Source: a virus
Lineage: Duplodnaviria; Caudoviricetes
Length of the DNA: 61,231 bases
Virus record (IMG/VR): IMGVR_UViG_3300049222_000815
Location: 1 to 61,231 of that record
Direction: 5' to 3' (one strand)
Part shown: piece by piece, positions 54,667 to 61,231 of the stretch
Layout of the letters: every line of letters begins with the position of its first letter
How positions within the stretch are numbered: position 1 is the stretch's first letter
Made by a program: the position numbers and the translations under genes
Notes under the pieces: model-generated
What the model was told of the DNA's origin: nothing
Database searches by the model: none
Seen by the model: only the letters and a program-made list of their open reading frames with translations

Positions 54667-54942
54667 ATGAAAATTAAAAACTATATTATTTCTTCCGCCA
54701 ACTGGGATATTGAGGTTGATGGAGATGATTGTAAATCAGCTGCACAATCTGGAGTGATTATGGCTATGAAAAATTATGGTAAAAAATTATTGATGTCTAC
54801 TGTCGTAATGGTCAGATTAAAAAATGATAAGCCTAATGATTTTTCTAATGCTGAATTTTTTGCTTCTCATGAAATATTTAATGATATTGGATATCATTCG
54901 CTAGCAGAAGAATTTAAACAACTCGGTAAATTAATTAAATGA
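54667..54942 (+). CDS. hypothetical protein
   Basis: the track start 54631 is the -35 TTG; ATG 54667 fits the promoter. Confidence 0.65.
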   Translation: MKIKNYIISSANWDIEVDGDDCKSAAQSGVIMAMKNYGKKLLMSTVVMVRLKNDKPNDFSNAEFFASHEIFNDIGYHSLAEEFKQLGKLIK

Positions 54943-55475
54943 TTTTAAATATATTAAATAATTCCGAGTTAATCAATCCAGTAAATGACGGTGATGCAGG
55001 TTACGATGTTGTGTGTAAAAGCGATCCAAAGGTAGTAGGTTCTATATATCAAGGGCTTTACTATACTGCAATATCTCACATAGAATATGATACAGAATTA
55101 AATATTGAACCATCTTCTCTTGATGGTAAATATGACTTTTTTATGCTTCTATACCCTAGATCTAGCATCATAAAAACAAATCTCACGCTAGCTAATTCAG
55201 TTGGGGTTATAGATTCTGGTTACAGAGGTAATATTAAGGTTTGCTTCAAATACTGCATTCAACCAGAAGACATGAAGATAGTCGAAGGTAAAAATATACT
55301 TGGAAAAAATGCCAAAGGGATAGTGTCTTCAATAAATCCTCAAAGGATTTATCAAAAAGGAGATAAGATAGCTCAACTTATTCCTTGCAAACATAATAAA
55401 CTTTCTATAAACTATGTTGATAAATTATCACAATCATCACGAGATACAAAAGGATTCGGGAGTACAGGAAAATGA
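54939..55475 (+). CDS. dut: dUTPase (trimeric)
   Basis: 'DAGYD', 'PRSS', 'GVIDSGYRG', 'IAQL', 'R..KGFGSTG'. Confidence 0.95.
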   Translation: MILNILNNSELINPVNDGDAGYDVVCKSDPKVVGSIYQGLYYTAISHIEYDTELNIEPSSLDGKYDFFMLLYPRSSIIKTNLTLANSVGVIDSGYRGNIKVCFKYCIQPEDMKIVEGKNILGKNAKGIVSSINPQRIYQKGDKIAQLIPCKHNKLSINYVDKLSQSSRDTKGFGSTGK

Positions 55476-56071
55476 ATAATCTAAACTTAGAAGACGACAA
55501 CTTTTTGGTTGAGTCTATAAAAAATAACAGTAACGCTGAAAAATGTCTTGAAGTATTAATAAATAGACATTCTGGTCTTTGCATTAATATGATCAATGGA
55601 TATATGTCAAAAAATCACAATGATAGCTTAAGGCAAGAATTAATAAAAGAAAAAGACTTTCAAATATATAATTCTGCATTAAAGTACAACCCCCAAAAAG
55701 GTTCAAAATTTAGTACATATCTAGGAAATGAAATAAAATGGAAATGCTTAAATTTATACAATAGAGATAAACGCAGGAAGACAGTTCCAGTTGAAGAAGA
55801 GTTAATAAATTATTTTTCATATCAAAATTCTGAAAATTCAATAGACAATGAGCTTTTTGATAATATTATCAATCAAGCAGAGAATCATTCAGATGAAAGA
55901 ATTGGCAAAATATTCCATTTAAGATATGTTGAAGGTAGTAAAAATTCAGTTATGCCTTGGAAATCTATCAGTTCAATTATGAACATGAGTATACAAGGAT
56001 GCATTAATTTACATAACTCAGCTTTAAAACAATTTAGAAACAAAATAAGAAAGGAAATATCAGATGAATAA
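55472..56071 (+). CDS. phage sigma-70-family factor
   Basis: 'LINRHSGL', 'KYNPQKGSKFSTYL', region 4 'IFHLRY...WKSISSIMNMSIQGCINLH..AL'. Confidence 0.82.
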   Translation: MNNLNLEDDNFLVESIKNNSNAEKCLEVLINRHSGLCINMINGYMSKNHNDSLRQELIKEKDFQIYNSALKYNPQKGSKFSTYLGNEIKWKCLNLYNRDKRRKTVPVEEELINYFSYQNSENSIDNELFDNIINQAENHSDERIGKIFHLRYVEGSKNSVMPWKSISSIMNMSIQGCINLHNSALKQFRNKIRKEISDE

Positions 56072-56507
56072 ATATATGGCAATAGGAAACTTGACGCAGG
56101 ATCCAAAATGCAGAGATGTAGGAGACAATAAAGTTTGCCTCTTCGGTGTTGCAGTTAATGAATTTTATTATAAAGATAATCAAAAGCAGAAAACTACATT
56201 ATTTATTGATGTAGAGGCTTGGAATAGACAAGCAGAAAATTGCACAAAGTTCCTTACTAAAGGAAAAAAAGTTGCAATTGAGGGAAAACTTAAAACTAAT
56301 TCTTGGGAAAAGAATGGTCAAAAGTTTAGTAAAATATATGTCCAAGCTGACAAAGTTCACTTCTTGGGTGGAGATGATTCTAGCAACTCTCAATCTTCTA
56401 CCACAAGTGCATCTCAATCCAAGCCAGATAAAAAATTAATTAAAGCTCAAGAACAGGTAGTTGAATCTGCTGAAGAGATGGAAGATATTGATGACATACC
56501 TTTTTGA
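56064..56507 (+). CDS. ssb: single-stranded DNA-binding protein
   Basis: 'GNLTQDP', 'AW.RQAE', 'KGKKVAIEGKL', C-terminal DDIPF. Confidence 0.95.
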   Translation: MNKYMAIGNLTQDPKCRDVGDNKVCLFGVAVNEFYYKDNQKQKTTLFIDVEAWNRQAENCTKFLTKGKKVAIEGKLKTNSWEKNGQKFSKIYVQADKVHFLGGDDSSNSQSSTTSASQSKPDKKLIKAQEQVVESAEEMEDIDDIPF

Positions 56508-56509
56508 TC

Positions 56510-57601
56510 ATGGATAAAATTATTTACAAAGGAGCAATTAATTCTTTAAGTTTCGGTAATGTCTCTTACAATATATTAAGGGAGCTTTACAGAAAAGAAA
56601 TTCAGACAGCGTTCTTTCCTATATCAGATAAACTAGACTTTGAGTCTTTTGATAAAATTGATAAAGACTTTAGAGACTGGATTGTATCTTCAGCTGAAAA
56701 TAGATTTCACTTAATTAATAAAGATTACGATACATTATCTCAATGGCACTTGAATGGTAGTGAAAATAGGGTATCCAAGAAACAAACTTTATTTACATTT
56801 TATGAGTCTGACCAGCCAACTCCTGTAGAAAAATCTATAGTAGATATGCAAGACAACTGCATCTTTGGTAGTTCTCACGCGGCTGATAAATTTAAATATA
56901 TTGGTTGCGATAATGTCGATTATGTTCCTATAGGATTTGATGAAGATTTTAACGAAATAGATGAAGACTTCCTACCCAATAAAATCCATTTTGGATTGAT
57001 GGGTAAGTTTGAAAACAGAAAAAATACAGCACAAATAATTAAAAATTGGGCTAAAACATATGGCAATAATTACGATTATCAATTATCTTGTTGTATAACA
57101 AATCCATTTTTCAAGAATGATCAACTTAATCAACTCATTGCTTCAGCATTAGAAGGTAAGTCATATGGCAATATTAACTTTTTACCAAGACTTAAAACGA
57201 ATTCCGAAGTGAATGAATTTTTAAATGCAATAGATATAGATTTATCTGGACTCAGTGGAGCTGAAGGTTGGAACATTCCTGCGTTTAATTCCACAGCTTT
57301 AGGTAAATGGAGTATCGTTATGAATCATACATCTCATAAAGACTGGGCTGATTCAAAAAATTCAATTCTTATAGAGCCTGATAGCCAAGTTGAAATATAC
57401 GATCAAGCCTTTTTCCATAAAGGTACTGCCTTTAATCAAGGCAATATGAATAAGATTTCAGATGAAACAATGATAAATGCATTTAAAAAATCTGAAAAAA
57501 AATATGGAAAAATCAATAAAGAAGGATTAAAATTAAAAAGTAAATTCACATACGAAAACACACTAAACAAAATATTGGAGATTATATCAAATGAAAAATA
57601 A
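56510..57601 (+). CDS. glycosyltransferase family 4 (GT-B)
   Basis: 'VPIGFD', 'GKFENRKN', 'SGAEGWNIPAF'. Confidence 0.8.
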   Translation: MDKIIYKGAINSLSFGNVSYNILRELYRKEIQTAFFPISDKLDFESFDKIDKDFRDWIVSSAENRFHLINKDYDTLSQWHLNGSENRVSKKQTLFTFYESDQPTPVEKSIVDMQDNCIFGSSHAADKFKYIGCDNVDYVPIGFDEDFNEIDEDFLPNKIHFGLMGKFENRKNTAQIIKNWAKTYGNNYDYQLSCCITNPFFKNDQLNQLIASALEGKSYGNINFLPRLKTNSEVNEFLNAIDIDLSGLSGAEGWNIPAFNSTALGKWSIVMNHTSHKDWADSKNSILIEPDSQVEIYDQAFFHKGTAFNQGNMNKISDETMINAFKKSEKKYGKINKEGLKLKSKFTYENTLNKILEIISNEK

Positions 57602-57794
57602 TTATTTCTTAAGAGAAGAAAATGGTAAAGTATTCATGTGCTGCGGAAAAGCTGGTTGCCCAAGCGTTTCTTTTAGCGAAGATGGTTTAATTCAAATTAC
57701 CGATGACTTTGGTAATAGTGTTAAAATGAAACATGAAGAAGCTGAAATGATAAAAGGAGCCGTAGAAAAACTAACCTCCGAAAATGAGGAATAG
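57591..57794 (+). CDS. small Cys-motif protein, paralog A
   Basis: 'CCGKAGCP...ITDDFGN'. Confidence 0.65.
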   Translation: MKNNYFLREENGKVFMCCGKAGCPSVSFSEDGLIQITDDFGNSVKMKHEEAEMIKGAVEKLTSENEE

Positions 57795-57990
57795 AGAAGT
57801 AATTCTTTGCCCCCCTCTTTGTGGTCCTACTTCTTGCTGCCCTAAATTAACAATAGAGGGTGAATCTATTAAAATTGAAGATGACTATGGAGACACAGCT
57901 TTAATCAGTATTGCTGATATAGAAAAATTATCTAAAGATGTTGATGAACTTATTAGCAGCTCTAGGTCTAGTTTGGATAATAAAGGATAG
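57784..57990 (+). CDS. small Cys-motif protein, paralog B
   Basis: 'CGPTSCCP...IEDDYGD'. Confidence 0.6.
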   Translation: MRNREVILCPPLCGPTSCCPKLTIEGESIKIEDDYGDTALISIADIEKLSKDVDELISSSRSSLDNKG

Positions 57991-58249
57991 CTACATCCTT
58001 AAAATTCCAAGAGAATATTTAAAGTCTAAATCTAAACACCTACAAGAGTTTTTATCTTGCTCTCTATGCTTAGGTTTTTGGGCTGGTGTTCTACTATCTT
58101 TTTTTGATTATTTTTTATTAAAAAAATATTGTTTATCTATAATACTTTACCCACTCTCAACCGCTGCGTTCTGTTGGTTTTTTGATTCTACTTTAGATAT
58201 GATTCAGGAGATCTGGGTCTCCTTTAAAAAACAAAGAGAAAACAGTTGA
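57938..58249 (+). CDS. DUF1360-like membrane protein
   Basis: 'LSCSLCLGFW' CxxC between hydrophobic helices. Confidence 0.65.
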   Translation: MLMNLLAALGLVWIIKDSYILKIPREYLKSKSKHLQEFLSCSLCLGFWAGVLLSFFDYFLLKKYCLSIILYPLSTAAFCWFFDSTLDMIQEIWVSFKKQRENS

Positions 58250-58278
58250 ATTTATAGTCATCTATAATAATATCCATT

Positions 58279-58707
58279 ATGAAATTAGAAATTGATTCAA
58301 GGTATAGTACATATTCATTATCAATAGTGTTGCACTTAATACATAATAATGAAGATTACAAAAACATGTGGTGTGAAAAATATCCAAACACAAGCAGTTT
58401 TGCAAATAATTTTTTTAAAAATGAAAACTGTGGATGCAGGCCACATTTAGTTAACGCTTACAAAAAAGATCGGTTTAACGCTGATCTCATGACTGTAAAT
58501 TTTATCAACGAAAACCCTGATTCTATTAATTTGGAAGAATTTTTCTCCTCTAACGGTGGTCAAGAATTGCAGGGTCATGTATTCGCTATACCTGCAACAG
58601 AAGGTCACTATAAAGATTTTTTAGCTGCAGTCCAACAAAAAAATGGAATTTTTTCTTACTTCACAACCCTAAGTATAGAAGATAAAATTCTAATTACATT
58701 CTTCTAA
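58279..58707 (+). CDS. hypothetical protein
   Basis: 142 aa, 'NENCGCR'. Confidence 0.65.
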   Translation: MKLEIDSRYSTYSLSIVLHLIHNNEDYKNMWCEKYPNTSSFANNFFKNENCGCRPHLVNAYKKDRFNADLMTVNFINENPDSINLEEFFSSNGGQELQGHVFAIPATEGHYKDFLAAVQQKNGIFSYFTTLSIEDKILITFF

Positions 58708-59087
58708 TGCCTCTGTATACTTTTTCACATCCTGAAACAGGAGAATTGAAAGATATTGTTTTTGGTATGAATGAAGAAAAATCATACATAGATGAATCTG
58801 GAACTAAATGGAATAGAGAGTATGGCTCTTTTCAATTAAATTCTACTGGCTCAGTAGATCCCTGGGATAGTAAAAGCTTTATTGAAAAAACTAATCAAGC
58901 TGGAACTATGGGGGATCTTCTAGATAGAAGTGCCGATCTATCCAGAGAGAGGGCATCCCAAAATGGAGGAGTTGACCCAGTAAGGGAAAAGTATTATTCT
59001 AAATATTCAAAGGAGAGAAATGGAGCCCTCCATCCAGATAAAATGCCTAAAACTTTTGAAAACAAAAATATTAAAATTGAAATATAA
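58707..59087 (+). CDS. conserved phage protein (MPxY N-terminus, FmdB-like without Cys)
   Basis: 'MPLYTFSHPETGE'. Confidence 0.6.
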   Translation: MPLYTFSHPETGELKDIVFGMNEEKSYIDESGTKWNREYGSFQLNSTGSVDPWDSKSFIEKTNQAGTMGDLLDRSADLSRERASQNGGVDPVREKYYSKYSKERNGALHPDKMPKTFENKNIKIEI

Positions 59088-59641
59088 TGAGCATACAAAT
59101 ATATAAACCAAATAAGAATAATACAGGTTTCGCCTTTAGTTTTTATATTGGCGAACCAAGAGGTAACCATACTCCAAATTTATTTTTAAACGCCATAGCT
59201 CAACACTCCTGGGACAGCTCAAAAAGATTGGGATCTTTTTCTGGAAATAAAAATGATCCAGATAAAAATATTTCAATAAAATTTAATGAGTTTGAATGCG
59301 GTGCGATAATTAATTGCATTAACAATAGATATGAATGGAATACTTATCATGCCTTTGAGCAAAACAAAACTCAAATAAAAATATCCCCTTGGGATAAAAA
59401 AGTTAAAGTAACTAAAATTAATCAACAAACAAAACAGCCATTTGATCAAGAAATTACCGTTCCAGCGTTTGGTTTATCTGTCACAAGAAATGGTAATCAG
59501 AATTTTAAAATTCCACTAGAACCTGGAGAAGCTGAATGTATAAAAATATTATGCGAAACATTAATCCGCAAGGTTTGTGAGACTAAAATATATAAGCCGC
59601 AAAAAGAAAAAGAAGACGTATCATCAGATTACGATTTCTAA
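59087..59641 (+). CDS. putative Whirly/PC4-fold ssDNA-binding protein
   Basis: 'SIKFNEFECGAII', 'TYH', 'FGLSV...KIPLEPGE' parallel Whirly motifs; acidic-aromatic tail DYDF. Confidence 0.4.
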   Translation: MSIQIYKPNKNNTGFAFSFYIGEPRGNHTPNLFLNAIAQHSWDSSKRLGSFSGNKNDPDKNISIKFNEFECGAIINCINNRYEWNTYHAFEQNKTQIKISPWDKKVKVTKINQQTKQPFDQEITVPAFGLSVTRNGNQNFKIPLEPGEAECIKILCETLIRKVCETKIYKPQKEKEDVSSDYDF

Positions 59642-61231
59642 TGAAAAATAAAAAGAAAAAAAAGAAAATTTTAATACACAGCAATCACTCTAGAGCTAAA
59701 ACTGGCTTTGGGAAGCATATGCGTAATCTAATTACATATTTATACAAAACCAAAAAATATGAAATTATTGAATTTGCAAATGGTAGACCTTGGAATGATC
59801 CAGACTTAAATGTTATGCCATGGAAATCTATAGGTTCTCTTCCTATTGAGCCTCAGTTAATTCAAGAAATTAATGCAGATCAACAGAAAGCTAGAAAAGC
59901 TGGTTATGGACATTATAAGATTGACGATGTAATCAAACAAGAAAAGCCAGACATATACTTAGGCATTGAAGACATATGGGGATTGGATGGCATGTGGTCA
60001 AAAAAATGGTGGAAGAAAATCAACTCTATTATATGGACTCCTGTTGATAGTTTGCCTCTTTTAGAAAAACATGAAGATGCAGCCAAAAATACTCAAAATT
60101 TAATTGTTCAAGCTTCATTTGCTAAAAACGCTTTAAACGAAAAAGGTTTCAATAATGTTCATTTAATGCCTGTTCCGTTAGATCACTCTAACTTTTTTAA
60201 ACTAGATGAGCAATCTAAACTTAAATTAAGATCAAAAAATAACATATCAGATAATGATTTTATTATTGGTTTTGTTTTTAGGAATCAATTAAGAAAAAGT
60301 GTCCCTAACCTGCTTGAAGGTTTTAAAATTTTCTTGCAAGAACATCCAGAATCTCAATGCAAGCTCTTGCTTCACACGCATTGGGGTGAGGGCTGGGATA
60401 TTCCTAGACTTTTAAAAGAGAAAAATATTGATCCTAATTTAATTTTAACTACTTATTTTTGCGATAAATGCAAACAGTATGAAGTAAAACCTTTTACAGG
60501 TCAAGATATTGATTGTAGATTATGTGGATCTGAAAAATCTCAACAAACAGCACAAATTTCAAGAGGGGTTTCTGAAACTCAATTAAATGAAATTTATAAT
60601 TTAATGGATGTTTATTGTCATCCATTCACATCTGGAGGTCAAGAAATTCCAATTCAAGAAGCTAAACTCTGTGAGTTGATAACTCTCGTTACAGATTATT
60701 CTTGCGGATCAGATTATGCGTCTAATGAAAGTGGGGGGCTACCCTTATCTTGGACTGAGTATAGAGAGCCTGGAACACAATTTATAAAAGCTTCAACAGA
60801 TTCAAAAGATATAGCTAACCAATTAACAAAAGTCTATAAAATGACTGAATCTAAAAAAAGCAAATTAGGTAAAAAAGCTAGAGACTTTGTAATTGATTTT
60901 TGCTCTATTGATTCAGTTTGTGCTAAGTTTGACGAATTAATTTCATCAATGAATCCCTCAACATGGGATTTTGATTTTTCTTATGTAGAGAAAAACCCTC
61001 AATATGTACCTAAAAATATTAAGGATGACAGAGATTGGATTATTGATTTATATAATAATATATTATTAATTGATGCAGAAAATGAAGATCAAAATGGTAT
61101 TGATCATTGGATGCATAGATTAAAAACAGATCTAAATAGACAGCAAGTTTATGATTATTTTATCAAAGTTGCCAAAGAAGATAATGCAAAAAATAAAAAA
61201 ATGCCATTCACAGACTTACTTAGTGAAGATG
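59641..61231 (+). CDS. glycosyltransferase family 4 with Zn-ribbon insertion, truncated by the window end (not in ORF track)
   Basis: MKNKKKKKKILIHSNHSRAKTGFG...; 'RNQLRKS', 'LLLHT', 'CDKC-x14-CRLC', 'LNEIYNLMDVYCHPFTSGGQEIPIQEA'. Confidence 0.85.
   Translation, partial: MKNKKKKKKILIHSNHSRAKTGFGKHMRNLITYLYKTKKYEIIEFANGRPWNDPDLNVMPWKSIGSLPIEPQLIQEINADQQKARKAGYGHYKIDDVIKQEKPDIYLGIEDIWGLDGMWSKKWWKKINSIIWTPVDSLPLLEKHEDAAKNTQNLIVQASFAKNALNEKGFNNVHLMPVPLDHSNFFKLDEQSKLKLRSKNNISDNDFIIGFVFRNQLRKSVPNLLEGFKIFLQEHPESQCKLLLHTHWGEGWDIPRLLKEKNIDPNLILTTYFCDKCKQYEVKPFTGQDIDCRLCGSEKSQQTAQISRGVSETQLNEIYNLMDVYCHPFTSGGQEIPIQEAKLCELITLVTDYSCGSDYASNESGGLPLSWTEYREPGTQFIKASTDSKDIANQLTKVYKMTESKKSKLGKKARDFVIDFCSIDSVCAKFDELISSMNPSTWDFDFSYVEKNPQYVPKNIKDDRDWIIDLYNNILLIDAENEDQNGIDHWMHRLKTDLNRQQVYDYFIKVAKEDNAKNKKMPFTDLLSED

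Noticed and set aside
629-56417. Short antisense or nested ORFs in the track (e.g. 629..922, 13841..14164, 20367..20759, 44916..45290, 49000..49425)
   Set aside because: They shadow well-supported genes and have no motifs or upstream signals
1-61231. Alternative genetic code (TAG or TGA recoding)
   Set aside because: Conserved genes are full length in code 11, TAG and TGA both end genes at coupled junctions, and the only tRNA is Ser(GCT)

Overview
An AT-rich, densely coding 61 kb segment of a large tailed bacteriophage, read in the standard genetic code. There are no rRNA or ribosomal-protein genes, and many short orphan ORFs sit between replication and nucleotide-metabolism genes. Almost everything left of ~54.5 kb is on the minus strand and everything to the right is on the plus strand. 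Replication and recombination genes: a Pol III-type polymerase split into three genes (PHP, DEDDh exonuclease, DnaE core), primase, DnaB, RecA, SSB and several nucleases. Nucleotide genes: dNMP kinase, dCMP deaminase, NDT, dUTPase, NUDIX, and NrdA with a Chlamydia-type class Ic (Mn/Fe, no radical Tyr) NrdB. Other genes: two sigma-like proteins, a tmRNA plus tRNA-Ser operon near a ClpC-type ATPase, a C5 methyltransferase with a probable endonuclease partner, and an outer-membrane beta-barrel (Gram-negative host; PVC superphylum is an inference). The best candidate for an undescribed system is a very large glycan-building kit: about 14 glycosyltransferase-like genes including two tandem GT60 polypeptide-GlcNAc transferases, Gmd/Fcl, four methyltransferases and a sulfotransferase-like gene, surrounding a Thr/Pro mucin-like protein. 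This suggests phage-encoded protein O-glycosylation. Two regulatory patterns are visible directly: sigma70 promoters whose -10 box lies in a sequence-variable hairpin, and a GTGTA(A/T) motif 14-21 nt upstream of start codons that lack a Shine-Dalgarno sequence. All family calls are motif recognition by eye, not database searches.
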